Part shown: piece by piece, positions 18,721 through 29,733 of the stretch
Layout: the number at the start of each line of letters is the position of its first letter
Position numbering within the stretch: position 1 is the stretch's first letter
DNA from: Candidatus Omnitrophota bacterium
Lineage (GTDB): Bacteria; Omnitrophota; Gorgyraeia; Gorgyraeales; Gorgyraeaceae
Length of the DNA: 64,000 bases
Direction of reading: 5' to 3'
Assembly: GCA_018819285.1 (NCBI GenBank)
Contig: JAHJQM010000042.1
Coordinates: 45,778-109,777 of the forward strand
The notes under the pieces: generated by a model
The model's database searches: none
What the model was told of the DNA's origin: nothing
The model's input: the letters and a program-made list of their open reading frames with translations, nothing else
Position numbers and translations under genes: made by a program

Positions 18721-21700
18721 TTTCCTTTCCTCCCCTTTTTTCTGTTAAATTCTTTTTCCTTTATCCAACAATATAAAACAGGAACAAATATCATGTTGGA
18801 CAAGGTAGCTGTAATAAGCCCGCCAACTGTGGGCGAGGCCATTGGTTTCATGATCTCAGAGCCAGCCCCTGTAGAAAACATAACAGGAACAAGCGCTATA
18901 ATCGTAGTCATGGTTGTCATCATGGCAGGCCGTATCCTTAAAAATCCGCCTTCTACTACGGTTTTTCTTATATCTTCCACTGATTCCGGTATCTTTTTCC
19001 TGAATAGATCATCAAGGCACGATAGAAGCACCACTGCGTTGTCAGTAGCCACCCCGAAAAGCGCGATAAATCCTACCCAAACTGCGGTAGAAAATTTAAA
19101 TCCCATAAAATACAAAAGTATTATCCCTCCCATCAAAGACACTGGTATGCCGCTTGAAATGATGAGAAGCGTACCAAAAGATTTGAATGCCACATACAAC
19201 AGTAAAAGGATCACGATAATGCATATAATTAAAGAAGGTACAAGCTTCTTGCGCGATTCCATCTCTGACTCGAACTGGCCCGACCAGGATATGAAATATC
19301 CCGGGGGGAGATTAATCCTTCCGCTTTTTATTTCATCATCCACTGCCTTCTTTGCCAGATTCACAAAATCAATCAACCCTATCTTGTCCTGATTTACATT
19401 TATAAATATCCTCGCGTAGGGCAGGGTATTTTCTGAAGATATCATAGCAGGGCCTGGCGTCCTTTTTAACTTCGCTACCTGGGTGAGGGGGATATGCTCT
19501 CCTGAGGGAGATGGCACAAATATTCGCTCAAGCGCTTCCGGGCTATCGCGCAGTTCCCTCATATAGCGCACTCTCACAGGATAACGCTCTCTTCCCTCCA
19601 CCGTCTCCGTAAGATTCATGCCTCCTATAGCTGTCATAACAATATCCTGTATAGTGCCTATCTCAATCCCATAACGGGCTGCTGCCTCTCTATCTATCTC
19701 TATTTCAAAATATGGTCTGCCGCCAAATCTCTCTGCGTAAGGAGACACAGCGCCTTTTACATTGCTAATCACCCCTTCCAGTTGAATGGCAATCTCTTCT
19801 ATTTTTTTAAGATCCTTACCAAATACTTTTACTCCTACCGGCGTCTGTATGCCTGTAGCAAGCATATCAATCCTGTTTCTTATGGGCTGTGTCATTATAG
19901 GGCTCACTCCGGGCATACGGGTTAATTCCTGTATATTAGCTATAATCCCCTGCCTGTCAGAATATGCCCAGTCTTTTAAAGGGCTGATTTTCTTAACTAC
20001 CGCAAAAATAGCCTTGCCGGCGAGAGGTATCCTATATATAAAAGAATCAGCTTTGCTCCTGGGAATCTTATCCTTAAGATGTATAATGGTCTCGAGCATG
20101 ATTATAGGGGCAGGATCAGTAGCTGTCTCTGCCCTGCCAAGCTTACCTACGACCCACTCTACCTTATCAGAAAATTCATTCTTTATGATAATATCCTGCT
20201 TCTGCATTACCTCCATAACCTGTGTCAATGAAGCGCCCGGAAAAAGTACAGGCATAAATAAAAGGTCGCCTTCATTTATTGGTGGCATAAATTCCTGCTT
20301 CATCAAAAACGCGAAAATCCCACCCACCAGTAAAACACCTATGGCTATTCCTACAACAATCTTTTTTCTGACAAGGGCCCATTTTATAGCCGGGCCGTAA
20401 ATCTTGCGTAAAAATTTGGATGTAGCATTATCTTCCGGCAGGCGCAACTTACCTCTTAATAAAATATAACAAAGCGTGGGAAGGAGCGTAAGGGCGATCA
20501 CAGCTGCTCCTATCATCGCAAATGTCTTGGTAAAGGCAAGCGGTCTGAAGAGCTTACCTGCCTGGCCTGTTAAGACAAAAACAGGTATAAAACCGATAAT
20601 GGTGGTAAGAAGCGCGAAGAGAACGGGCTTACCCACTTCCTGCGCGGCATCAATGCATACGCTCAGGCGTTCTTCAGGAGGCAGCTTAGGAAGATTTCTC
20701 TCGTTCCTGCGCTCTGCTAGGCGACGATAAATATTTTCCACAAGAACACACCCGGAATCCACCATCACTCCTATTGCTATTGCAATACCCCCCAGGGACA
20801 TTATATTGGCATCTACATTGAATTGCCGCATCAGTATAAACGCTATCAGTACGCCAATCGGAAGCACCATTGATATAACGATACTGCCCCAGAAATGAAG
20901 CAGAAATAACACAATTACAAATACAGTTATCAGGATCTCCTGCGTCAATGCATCCTTCAGCGTATTTATAGAACGCATTATAAGGCCTGTTCTGTCATAA
21001 AAAGGCACGATCCTAACCCCTGGCGGAAGCCCTACTGATAATTCTTTTATCTTTTTCTTTATACCTTCTGTTACCTTGAGAGGATTTTCTCCGTACCTCA
21101 TCACGACCACGCCGCCCGTTACTTCCTTGCCTGCGCGGTCTAACGCGCCTCTTCTGAAGTCCGGGCCCAGGCTGACCGTGCCTATACTTTTTATATACAC
21201 GGGTGTACCCTGATGCTCGCCTATCACTATATTCTCTATATCCTCTACCTTCTTTATAAAACCAAGGCCGCGGATTATAAACTCGACTCCTCCTTCTTCA
21301 AAGACTTTTGCGCCCACATCTACATTTGAGCGTTTGACAGCTGAGAGGACATTAGTAATCTTAATGTCATAGGAGAGCAGTTTATTCGGATCCAGGTCTA
21401 TCTGATATTGTTTAACATATCCGCCTACTGAGCCTACTTCAGAAACACCGTATACAGCATTAAGCTGGTACCTTACATACCAGTCCTGAATAGTGCGAAG
21501 TTCAGAGAGGTCATATCTGGATGCTATTAACGATTTTCCATCAACAGGGCATTTACCGGGTTTTTCATAAGCGAGCTGCGGATGGTCAGGACAATAAAAT
21601 CCATTCTCCACTGTATACCAGAATATCTGGCCTATAGCCGTAGCGTCAGGCCCTAAAGTTACCTCTGCTCCTTCAGGCATACCTGATATAGCAAAGTTGA

Positions 21701-22040
21701 GCCTTTCAAGAACGCGTGTCCTCGCCCAATAGTAATCAACTCCTTCCTTAAAAATAAGGTTTACCATGCCAAAACCAAAGGCAGAACTCGAACGCAATAC
21801 CTTTACTTCTGGCGTACCCATGAGCCGAGTGGTCAATGGATATATCACCTGATCTTCAACATCCTTAGGGCTTCTTCCCGGCCAGTCAGCGTACACAATT
21901 ACCTGGAGTTCTCCTATATCAGGGATGGCGTCTATGGGCGTTTGTTTCATAGAAGAAAAACCCCAGAAAATGATAAGCGCAAATGTCGATAAGACCAGGA
22001 ATCGATTCTTAAGACAACCTTCGATAATCTTGTCTATCAT
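18717..22040 (-). CDS. cusA: CusA-type Cu(I)/Ag(I) heavy-metal RND permease
   Basis: [30 protein letters not shown]; Met triad equivalents [20 protein letters not shown]; RIRPAMMT. Confidence 0.93.
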   Translation of the reverse strand: MIDKIIEGCLKNRFLVLSTFALIIFWGFSSMKQTPIDAIPDIGELQVIVYADWPGRSPKDVEDQVIYPLTTRLMGTPEVKVLRSSSAFGFGMVNLIFKEGVDYYWARTRVLERLNFAISGMPEGAEVTLGPDATAIGQIFWYTVENGFYCPDHPQLAYEKPGKCPVDGKSLIASRYDLSELRTIQDWYVRYQLNAVYGVSEVGSVGGYVKQYQIDLDPNKLLSYDIKITNVLSAVKRSNVDVGAKVFEEGGVEFIIRGLGFIKKVEDIENIVIGEHQGTPVYIKSIGTVSLGPDFRRGALDRAGKEVTGGVVVMRYGENPLKVTEGIKKKIKELSVGLPPGVRIVPFYDRTGLIMRSINTLKDALTQEILITVFVIVLFLLHFWGSIVISMVLPIGVLIAFILMRQFNVDANIMSLGGIAIAIGVMVDSGCVLVENIYRRLAERRNERNLPKLPPEERLSVCIDAAQEVGKPVLFALLTTIIGFIPVFVLTGQAGKLFRPLAFTKTFAMIGAAVIALTLLPTLCYILLRGKLRLPEDNATSKFLRKIYGPAIKWALVRKKIVVGIAIGVLLVGGIFAFLMKQEFMPPINEGDLLFMPVLFPGASLTQVMEVMQKQDIIIKNEFSDKVEWVVGKLGRAETATDPAPIIMLETIIHLKDKIPRSKADSFIYRIPLAGKAIFAVVKKISPLKDWAYSDRQGIIANIQELTRMPGVSPIMTQPIRNRIDMLATGIQTPVGVKVFGKDLKKIEEIAIQLEGVISNVKGAVSPYAERFGGRPYFEIEIDREAAARYGIEIGTIQDIVMTAIGGMNLTETVEGRERYPVRVRYMRELRDSPEALERIFVPSPSGEHIPLTQVAKLKRTPGPAMISSENTLPYARIFINVNQDKIGLIDFVNLAKKAVDDEIKSGRINLPPGYFISWSGQFESEMESRKKLVPSLIICIIVILLLLYVAFKSFGTLLIISSGIPVSLMGGIILLYFMGFKFSTAVWVGFIALFGVATDNAVVLLSCLDDLFRKKIPESVEDIRKTVVEGGFLRIRPAMMTTMTTIIALVPVMFSTGAGSEIMKPMASPTVGGLITATLSNMIFVPVLYCWIKEKEFNRKKGRKGK

Positions 22041-23515
22041 TTCTTTTCCTCCGCTTCCAGCGACCCGCCGTATGCCGAAGACATGACACCTGATATCTGG
22101 CTCTGTGAATCTATGAGAAAATTCGCCTTTGTCACAATCTCTTCGCCCTCAGCCAGCCCTTTAAGGACAGGATAGAACCTGATTTTTTTACCATCTATCG
22201 TGGCTACTGCTTCAGGCCCTGTCTCAACGAGCCTGGCCTGATATTCTTCGTCACCCTTGTCCACCCACACAATCTTTCTCAAGCCTGTATCCAAAACAGC
22301 CTCTTTTGGAACAGCCAGGACAGAATCTTTGCCGTCTTTTGTTTTATACATACTTATAATAATAATCTCCACGTACATCTCCGGCTTTAATTCCAGGCCC
22401 GGGTTATCAACGCTTGCCCTGAATCTTAAAGAGCGTGTCTTTGGGTCAAGCACGGGATTCACCGAAGATATGACACCGTCAAATTCTTCACCTGGCAGGC
22501 TCTGGGCCATGACCTTTACTTTGGCTCCTGGTTTCACCCAGCCGAGTTCATATTCATACACATCCCCGTAAATCCACATCTTATCCTCCGGAAGGATAAG
22601 ATTTGTCTGGACCTCTTTTTTCTCTTCCAGCGCTATTATCTGCTCTTCGCCAAGCCCCAACAATCGTAATTTCCTCTTTGAAGAATTTACAAGGTTAAGC
22701 GCCCGTTCATTTATCTCCTCAATATTTCCTTCATGAATCTTATCATACGCCTTGACAGCGGATATGAATTCGTCCTGGGCTATCGCCATGTCAGGATCAT
22801 ATGCCACCTTGCCGACTGTCCGTATCTCTTTACTGAGAGAGAGTTTTCTTACAGTCTCCGTAGCGACACCAGCCAGCTGGGCCTGGGTTTTATTTATCTT
22901 GACTCTGCCCACAACGCCTTCTTCTCTCCCGGCAGAAACTTCATCTTCTTCGTAGACAGGGATATAATCCATACCCATCGGATCCTTCGCAGGCACCTTA
23001 GAGGTGATGCTTGGATTCATTGGATTTCTGTAAAGAAGGATTTTTTTTTCTTTTTTTTCTGAAATCTTAACGTCTTCTTTTTTAATTTTTTGTAAAGGTT
23101 TTCCGCATATCGGGCAATTAATCTTTTGCCCTTTAATCATAAAAGAATGTCCGCCGCAAATACAATCTTTATCAGACTTGCCTAAATCGCAATGTGGGCA
23201 TTTGCCTTCGGTGTATACGCCGCAGCCGTAATATTCGTCGCTCGCGGCGATTGATACTTGTGACTGGCTTTCTTCTTTGTATACAGGCGTAAGATTCATG
23301 CTACAGATAGGACAGTTTTTATTGCCTTTATTATATTCTTTGGGAGAAACCTTTACGCTTGGGTGCATGCCACAGGTGTAGTATTGGATTTGCCGCTCTC
23401 CGCCCGCCGCCCCTTGTTCGTCTTTCTTTGTTGCCGTACAACTTGTAAGCGCAAAAGCAGCGCCAAAAATAATCATAATAAACAATATTACAAAAATATA
23501 TCTGCCTTTTATCAT
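22037..23515 (-). CDS. cusB: CusB-type adaptor with multiple heavy-metal-binding domains
   Basis: YTCGMHP...CPICSMNL, LYRNPMNP...KDPMGMDY, LKPEMY, ANFLIDSQS. Confidence 0.88.
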   Translation of the reverse strand: MIKGRYIFVILFIMIIFGAAFALTSCTATKKDEQGAAGGERQIQYYTCGMHPSVKVSPKEYNKGNKNCPICSMNLTPVYKEESQSQVSIAASDEYYGCGVYTEGKCPHCDLGKSDKDCICGGHSFMIKGQKINCPICGKPLQKIKKEDVKISEKKEKKILLYRNPMNPSITSKVPAKDPMGMDYIPVYEEDEVSAGREEGVVGRVKINKTQAQLAGVATETVRKLSLSKEIRTVGKVAYDPDMAIAQDEFISAVKAYDKIHEGNIEEINERALNLVNSSKRKLRLLGLGEEQIIALEEKKEVQTNLILPEDKMWIYGDVYEYELGWVKPGAKVKVMAQSLPGEEFDGVISSVNPVLDPKTRSLRFRASVDNPGLELKPEMYVEIIIISMYKTKDGKDSVLAVPKEAVLDTGLRKIVWVDKGDEEYQARLVETGPEAVATIDGKKIRFYPVLKGLAEGEEIVTKANFLIDSQSQISGVMSSAYGGSLEAEEKK

Positions 23516-24774
23516 AAATCCCTCCCTATAACTCTTTCTAAATACGCGATTGATTTTTCATAATCCACTATCGCTTTATAATAGGCAAGCCTGGTCTGTA
23601 AAAGCATCCTCTCGGAGTCAAGCCAGTTTAAAAAATCCACTTTACCGGTTTCATATCCTGTACGGGCAGCCTCGAACGCCTGCTCTGTCTGCGGAACCAG
23701 CGCTGTTTTATAAAGAGAGACTATTTCCTTATAGGTATTTATTTTAAAATACAGGTCATTAACTTCATATCCCACTGAGTTTTTTTCGCCTTCGTAATCC
23801 TTTTTCGCGGCCTCGAGCATAGCTTTTTTTTCCTTAAGCTGGGCGTTTAATTTATTGAACCATATGGGAAGATTTATGCTTACCATTGCCATCCACGCGT
23901 CCTTACCGTCGTCTATTTGCGTGGTTGATCCGCTGCCTATTTTGGTGTAGTCTACCCCTAAAGTAAAATCAGGAAAATAATTCAATCTTGCCAGAGACTT
24001 TTCATACTCAGCTCTTTTTATTTCCAGGCCGGCTGCCAATAGTTCTTGTCTGGACTCTTTGGCCATTGCCCTAAGCTGAGATAATTCGTATTTAAAATCC
24101 ACAGGTTCAACTGATACTGTCCGGCCAAGCAAGGTGCCCTGCGGCCTGTTGAGAACTGAGTTCATCATTGCCTCAATGCTATTTCTATTCTGTTTTAATT
24201 GAAATAGCCGTTCTATTAATTTGGAAAGTTCCACTTGAGCCTTGATTACATCCTGCTGCGACGCCATATTAGATTCGTATTTTCTCTGCGCGACCTTTTC
24301 CAGATTTTCCAGAATGAGCTTTTCTTCCTCTGTTACCTGGATTGCCCTGTCCACCCAGAAAACATCATAATACAAAAATTTAACATTTTTAATAACTTCC
24401 CGTTTCACTGCTTCGTATTTTTCTTTAAGCATACCGGCGACTTTGCCTTGAGACCTTGCCTTTAGGCCCAACTTGCCTGGAAAAGGAAACATCTGGGAGA
24501 TACTGTATTTATTGTCTATGGGGCCAAGTTTTGTTTCAACAGGATCGCCCAGTCCGGAAAAACTTGCCATTGGATCAGGAAGAGATGAGGCCTCTTTTAT
24601 ATTGAATCCCGCAGCCTTCCAGTTATTATGAGCCGCCTGTATCTCAGGGTTTTGTTCCAGCGCCTCGTTTATCAAAGACTCGAGGGCAGTCGGCTTATTT
24701 TCATCGCCGTAGGCATAGAAAACGCTTGTTAAAATAAAAAATATCCCTATTGAAATAGCCGAAATGTTTTTCAT
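23512..24774 (-). CDS. cusC: TolC-family outer membrane factor (CusC role)
   Basis: LINEALEQNPEI, LPDPM, SQMFPFPGKL, YETGKVDFLNWLD; operon position before cusB. Confidence 0.85.
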   Translation of the reverse strand: MKNISAISIGIFFILTSVFYAYGDENKPTALESLINEALEQNPEIQAAHNNWKAAGFNIKEASSLPDPMASFSGLGDPVETKLGPIDNKYSISQMFPFPGKLGLKARSQGKVAGMLKEKYEAVKREVIKNVKFLYYDVFWVDRAIQVTEEEKLILENLEKVAQRKYESNMASQQDVIKAQVELSKLIERLFQLKQNRNSIEAMMNSVLNRPQGTLLGRTVSVEPVDFKYELSQLRAMAKESRQELLAAGLEIKRAEYEKSLARLNYFPDFTLGVDYTKIGSGSTTQIDDGKDAWMAMVSINLPIWFNKLNAQLKEKKAMLEAAKKDYEGEKNSVGYEVNDLYFKINTYKEIVSLYKTALVPQTEQAFEAARTGYETGKVDFLNWLDSERMLLQTRLAYYKAIVDYEKSIAYLERVIGRDL

Positions 24775-24775
24775 A

Positions 24776-24949
24776 TTAATAGCCCTTTCCGAATCCTTGT
24801 ACTAGTTTCATAATTTCTTCTATTTTTTTATCTTTCTCTATTTTTGATTTTTCCTTCAGGGCATTAACCACACAGCTCTGGTTATGTTTTCTGAAAATCT
24901 CTTATCCTACCCTGTAGATAGCGTTAACAATAAAACGAATCTGAGTGAT
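24776..24949 (-). pseudogene. 5'-truncated csoR relic with internal stop
   Basis: Translates ITQIRFIVNAIYRVG*EIFRKHNQSCVVNALKEKSKIEKDKKIEEIMKLVQGFGKGY*, collinear with the C-terminal two-thirds of the CsoR at 25340-25624. Confidence 0.8.
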
Positions 24950-24959
24950 GATGGCTGCT

Positions 24960-25343
24960 TTATTTATCGCCTGACATATTAGATTCTACTTTAAGTTCTT
25001 CATCGACCTTCTTAATATATTTTTCAGAGTCTTTTTTGAATTCATCAATGCAACCAGCACAACAGAAATTATAAACCTTGCCCTCATATTCATAGGTTGC
25101 CTTTGTAGCATCATCAATAGGATTGCCTAAAACAGGGCAAATCTTATTGCCTGTGTCAATAGCAGTACTCGTAGTAGCTGTTGCCTGCTGGTTACATTCT
25201 GTCATCTGACTACCCGCAGCATGATCACATGTAGACTGGCCATCATCCTTATCAGAACCGCATGACATAGCAAAAACTGTTCCATAATTAGCCAGGGTAG
25301 CTATAAATAAAACTGCTATTGCTAAACATATGATTTTTGTCAT
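24960..25343 (-). CDS. exported YHS-domain metal-binding protein (paralog of 18358-18720)
   Basis: Signal peptide, ICPVLGNPI...TYEYEGKVYNFCCAGCIDEF. Confidence 0.85.
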   Translation of the reverse strand: MTKIICLAIAVLFIATLANYGTVFAMSCGSDKDDGQSTCDHAAGSQMTECNQQATATTSTAIDTGNKICPVLGNPIDDATKATYEYEGKVYNFCCAGCIDEFKKDSEKYIKKVDEELKVESNMSGDK

Positions 25344-25624
25344 AACCCCTTCCTGAATTTTGAAATTAAACCAATAATCTCGTCTATTTTTTCCTGTTTT
25401 TCTTTTTCAGATCTTCCTTTCAGCGCATTTACCACGCAACCTTCCATATGTTTTCTGAATATCTCGTTCTCCACTCTGTAAAGCGCGCCTATAATAGATT
25501 GTATCTGAGTCAGTACATCCACACAATATCTCTTTTCCTTAATCATCCTCTGGATGCCGCGCACCTGACCTTCTATCTTTTTCAGATACTCAAGCTGGCC
25601 TTCGTGAATAGCTATCTGCTTCAT
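25340..25624 (-). CDS. csoR: CsoR/RcnR-family copper-sensing repressor
   Basis: LKKIEGQVRGIQRMI, RYCVDVLTQI, KHMEGCV (Cys/His/Cys Cu(I) ligand pattern). Confidence 0.9.
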   Translation of the reverse strand: MKQIAIHEGQLEYLKKIEGQVRGIQRMIKEKRYCVDVLTQIQSIIGALYRVENEIFRKHMEGCVVNALKGRSEKEKQEKIDEIIGLISKFRKGL

Positions 25625-25645
25625 ATTTTATCTCCTTACAGAATA

Positions 25646-25675
25646 AGTATACCATACCCCCCTACCCTATGTCAA
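25646..25675 (-). promoter_or_regulatory. promoter with probable CsoR operator in the spacer
   Basis: Minus strand TTGACA-TAGGGTAGGGGGGTATGG-TATACT; G/C-tract spacer of the kind bound by CsoR. Confidence 0.75.
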
Positions 25676-25801
25676 GTTATTTAAAAAAATTTTCCTTCTA
25701 GAATACCGGCGCAAATAATGATTAAGGCTATGTTATCTGATAAAAATCCTTATCTTCTTTTTTTCCTAGCCATTTTCATCAACAACCAGCATTCTGCGCA
25801 T

Positions 25802-27121
25802 TTAAAACTGGGTTGTCAGGATAGCTGTTAACTGGTCGTTACTGGCCTCTTGCGTAGAAGGGCCTGTTTCCCTATTCCAATCGTAACCAAGTTTCAGAAG
25901 CGTGTTATCGCTCCATCTATATCCCATACCAAGCGAATAACGGTCATACTTATTCGCGGTAACGCTGTTCAAGTTTACCGTTATTTCATCTTTCAGATTC
26001 ACATAGCTATATCTCTCGGCGATATAAACCTTCTTGGTTAAATTATATATACCCTCAATAAAAGCAAAATCCCCAGCTCTTTCAGCAGACCCTGCAGTGC
26101 TCGTAATATCATGAAATCCTCCGTACGAAAGCCTTACGATAGCCCTACTGTCAGAATAAACAAGCGGATATAATAATTTCTTGCCCTTTTTAAAATCATA
26201 TCTTGCGTCTACTTCCCATACATTTCTCTGCCAGTCAGTTGCGCCAGTAGGCCTGGCCTTTAACCCTGCTATGGATAACTCTGAGTCAGAAGATTTTAAC
26301 CTGCCTGAATCATAATAGCTGGCAGATAAATACAACGGGTCAATCAGAGTATAATACAATTTCCCCATAAATGCCTTTCCTCCTCCTGAATCAGAACCTG
26401 TAGTACTGTTGCCATCGCTTATAGAAGTAACCCAGCCTAAAGGCCTTAATCCTATTTTGTCTAATTTTATTTTACCCGCTAATTCTAATCCTTCGTCAGT
26501 GACTCCTGCATTGGCTGCAGAATTAGACGGTAAAACGCTTTCTACGGGATTATTAGACCAATTCTCTTCTCCAAAACCTAATTTAAATCTGCCAAGCCTG
26601 CTCGAAAGACTAAAAGGCGTATCTTTCAAAGGCGGTATGAAATCCTTAGACGAGAGATAAAAATAATCTAACAATGGACTTGTTGTGGATATACCTGTTA
26701 CGCCATTATCTAATTTAAATCTCAAGACAACTGTATTTATTTCATCCGGCTGATAACTAAATTGAATTTTTGCGTCAGGCATCTCAAAAGACCCTGAAGA
26801 AAACGAGCCCGCACTTCCTGATTTATAATACCCTGTTGCGAATCTGCCTTTCATTTTAAGCTTTGACAGTGAATTTGAAAGATCTACTTTCGAAGCCGCG
26901 CCTACTGGACCAGATTCTTTTATCTTCGCGAGCTCTTCCTTTGCCTTGGCTGATTCGTCTTTTGTCTTAACCTGCTCAGATTCCAGTTTTTCAATACGCT
27001 GCATAAGCTGCTGAACCTGCTGTTTCAATACCTGGATTTCTTCATCTGTCCCTGCAAAACTGCAAGGGATAAACAGAGCTAGTAACGCTAACGCCAGTAT
27101 AGATATCAATATGCTTTTCAT
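25802..27121 (-). CDS. outer-membrane beta-barrel (porin-like) with N-terminal coiled coil
   Basis: Signal peptide MKSILISILALALLALF, coiled coil EEIQVLKQQVQQLMQRIEKLE, amphipathic beta strands, C-terminal Phe (LTTQF). Confidence 0.75.
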   Translation of the reverse strand: MKSILISILALALLALFIPCSFAGTDEEIQVLKQQVQQLMQRIEKLESEQVKTKDESAKAKEELAKIKESGPVGAASKVDLSNSLSKLKMKGRFATGYYKSGSAGSFSSGSFEMPDAKIQFSYQPDEINTVVLRFKLDNGVTGISTTSPLLDYFYLSSKDFIPPLKDTPFSLSSRLGRFKLGFGEENWSNNPVESVLPSNSAANAGVTDEGLELAGKIKLDKIGLRPLGWVTSISDGNSTTGSDSGGGKAFMGKLYYTLIDPLYLSASYYDSGRLKSSDSELSIAGLKARPTGATDWQRNVWEVDARYDFKKGKKLLYPLVYSDSRAIVRLSYGGFHDITSTAGSAERAGDFAFIEGIYNLTKKVYIAERYSYVNLKDEITVNLNSVTANKYDRYSLGMGYRWSDNTLLKLGYDWNRETGPSTQEASNDQLTAILTTQF

Positions 27122-27211
27122 ATTCGTCTCACTTCTCCTTTTATGCATTTTCTCTTGTTTTTAAAAATGGAAGTACATCTATAAACCTGCGCCCTATTTC
27201 CTTAAGCGCTC

Positions 27212-27322
27212 CTGCGCTAAGCTGTGTATATTACAATTCTATCCCTTGGTGCAAGTAAGCTTATTATATAAAACATAACGCCGAATATCAAACAAAAAAT
27301 ACCGACTGGCGGTTATTTTTTG
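27212..27322. repeat. 111-bp dispersed direct repeat, copy 1 (hairpin plus promoter)
   Basis: Ungapped match to 46971-47081, 95/111 identical by manual count; contains minus-strand TTGATA-17 nt-TATAAT. Confidence 0.9.
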
Positions 27323-27362
27323 CCCGGTTCAGAGAGATGGACATCTCTAAAAACAGCTTTAA

Positions 27363-29666
27363 TCAAAGTTTCAACTTACGCAACCTTAATGAGTTTCCGA
27401 TAACAGAAACTGAACTAAAACTCATTGCAGCGCCGGCAATCATAGGATTCAAAAGCAACCCCAAGAATGGATAAAGTATGCCAGCAGCAATAGGAATGCC
27501 CAAAGCGTTGTAAATAAAAGCGAAAAATAGGTTTTGACGAATGTTTCTCATGACTCCCCTACTGAGCCGCAGCGCCTTAACAATTCCATTAAGATCACCC
27601 TTAACTAAAGTAATCCCTGCGCTTTCAATCGCCACATCTGTTCCCGTGCCCATAGCAACACCGACTTCCGCTTCAGCCAATGCCGGAGCATCATTAATAC
27701 CATCTCCGGCCATCATCACTTTTGCGCCTTCGCTCCTTAACTTCTTTACGATCTCCTGCTTATCTTTTGGCTCGAGCCCGGCATATACATCAGTAATGCC
27801 CAATTCTTTTGCGATGGCCCTAGCAGTTTTTTCATTATCACCTGTCAACATAACAACTTTCAATCCCATTTTATGCAAAACGCGGATGGCCTCAGGCGTT
27901 GTTCTCTTTATAGGATCTGAAATTCCGAGAATCCCTACTATCTGTCCATCAACGGCTACCCAGACAATTGTCGCGGCTTTCCCTTGAAGCTCTTCGGATT
28001 TATTTTTTAACTCGTCGAGTAAACTTATTCCATTATCTTCAATAAATTTTTGTTTTCCGAGCAAAACTGCTTTGCCATTAACTTTACCTTTAACCCCTCC
28101 GCCTGTTATGGATTGAAAGTTATCGACTGACGCTAATTTATAGCCTCTCTCTTTTGCATAATCAACTACTGAACGAGCTAGCGGATGTTCACTGTTCTGT
28201 TCGATAGAAGCCGCTATGCTCAATAATGATTTTTCATCCCAGCCATTTGCTGTAATAATAGTGGTTACCTGTGGTCTGCCAGCTGTTAAAGTACCTGTTT
28301 TGTCTGTAAGGACATGAGTTACTCTCTCGCACTTTTCAATCGCCTCGGCGTTTTTAATTAATATGCCTGACTGCGCGCCTTTTCCCACGCCAACCATAAT
28401 TGACATTGGTGTTGCCAGGCCAAGGGCGCAAGGACACGCAATGATTAAAACCGAAATGGCGCTAATTAAGGCATACGCTAAAGCCGGAGCCGGCCCAATT
28501 ATGGACCAGATAATAAAAGCAGCGACCGCACACCCCAACACGATAGGAACAAAATACCCGGAAACTTGATCAGCAAGTTTCTGAATAGGGGCACGGCTGC
28601 GTTGCGCATCAGCTACCATCTTCACAATTTGAGAGAGTAAAGTTTCAGAGCCTATCTTTTCAGTTCTCATGACAAAAGCACCTGTCTGATTAACAGTCGC
28701 ACCGATAACCCTATCTCCTTCAATCTTCGTAACCGGGACAGGCTCACCTGAAATCATTGATTCATCGATTGTACTCTTGCCTTCAGTAATAATGCCATCG
28801 AGGGGTACTTTTTCTCCCGGACGAACCCGTAGCAAATCGCCTTTTTGAATTTGATCAATAGCTACATCTTCTTCTTTACCATCTCGAATACGGTGCGCGA
28901 CCTTTGCGGCTAGGCCAAGTAATGCCTTAATCGCCTGGCCTGTTCTATTGCGCGCCTTTGCTTCAAGAAGCTGTCCTATAAGCACTAGAACTGTAATAAC
29001 AGCGGCTGCTTCAAAATACAACCCGATCTCACCATGCTGTTTTAATGATTCTGGGAAAATATTCGGAAAAAGAATAGCTATCGCGCTAAAACCATAAGCC
29101 GCTCCCACTCCCATAGCAATCAAGGTGAACATATTGAGACTTTTATTCAAAACTGATTTCCATGTTTTTACAAAGAAAATATTTCCTGCCCACAGCACAA
29201 CTGGTGTCGCTAAAATAAACTGCAGCCAGCGCGAAAGATCGGAAGACACAAATGCTTTTAGGCTGAGCGCCTGTATCATTTCACCAAGGGCCAGCAAAAA
29301 AATAGGAACTGTTAAAATTAATCCAATCCAGAATTTACGCGTTATCATACGCGTTTCTTTATTGTCTTCTTCTCCGGCAGGAGCAGCCTTTTGTTCAAGG
29401 CGCATGCCGCATTTTGGACAATCTCCGGGTTTATCTTGCTTAATTTCAGGATGCATCGGACAAGTATACATAGTTTTACTTTCAAATATTGCGAATTTTT
29501 CTGTAGAAGATTGCTTTAAAAATTTCTGCCTGCAACTTTCGTTACAGAAATAATAAATAAGGCCATCTTGTGTAAGCTTGATGGCCTTAGTTGTATCAAT
29601 TTCCATTCCACAAATTGGATCTTTTATTTTCTCTATCATAACAACTCTCGATAACTTATTCCACAA
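27363..29666 (-). CDS. copA: Cu(I)-translocating P1B-type ATPase with N-terminal YHS and heavy-metal-binding domains
   Basis: KDPICGM...[15 protein letters not shown]...[39 protein letters not shown] and MSFSS. Confidence 0.95.
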   Translation of the reverse strand: MWNKLSRVVMIEKIKDPICGMEIDTTKAIKLTQDGLIYYFCNESCRQKFLKQSSTEKFAIFESKTMYTCPMHPEIKQDKPGDCPKCGMRLEQKAAPAGEEDNKETRMITRKFWIGLILTVPIFLLALGEMIQALSLKAFVSSDLSRWLQFILATPVVLWAGNIFFVKTWKSVLNKSLNMFTLIAMGVGAAYGFSAIAILFPNIFPESLKQHGEIGLYFEAAAVITVLVLIGQLLEAKARNRTGQAIKALLGLAAKVAHRIRDGKEEDVAIDQIQKGDLLRVRPGEKVPLDGIITEGKSTIDESMISGEPVPVTKIEGDRVIGATVNQTGAFVMRTEKIGSETLLSQIVKMVADAQRSRAPIQKLADQVSGYFVPIVLGCAVAAFIIWSIIGPAPALAYALISAISVLIIACPCALGLATPMSIMVGVGKGAQSGILIKNAEAIEKCERVTHVLTDKTGTLTAGRPQVTTIITANGWDEKSLLSIAASIEQNSEHPLARSVVDYAKERGYKLASVDNFQSITGGGVKGKVNGKAVLLGKQKFIEDNGISLLDELKNKSEELQGKAATIVWVAVDGQIVGILGISDPIKRTTPEAIRVLHKMGLKVVMLTGDNEKTARAIAKELGITDVYAGLEPKDKQEIVKKLRSEGAKVMMAGDGINDAPALAEAEVGVAMGTGTDVAIESAGITLVKGDLNGIVKALRLSRGVMRNIRQNLFFAFIYNALGIPIAAGILYPFLGLLLNPMIAGAAMSFSSVSVIGNSLRLRKLKL

Positions 29667-29733
29667 ATATACTATACGACCGCAATTATCAAAAATGCGC
29701 TTATTATTATACGGCTAAATGAAAATTTCATAA

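Noticed and set aside
27210-27240. Possible dif/Xer site (TGCGCTAA...TGTATATTA)
   Set aside because: The XerD arm TTATGTTAAAT is not matched and the spacing is wrong.
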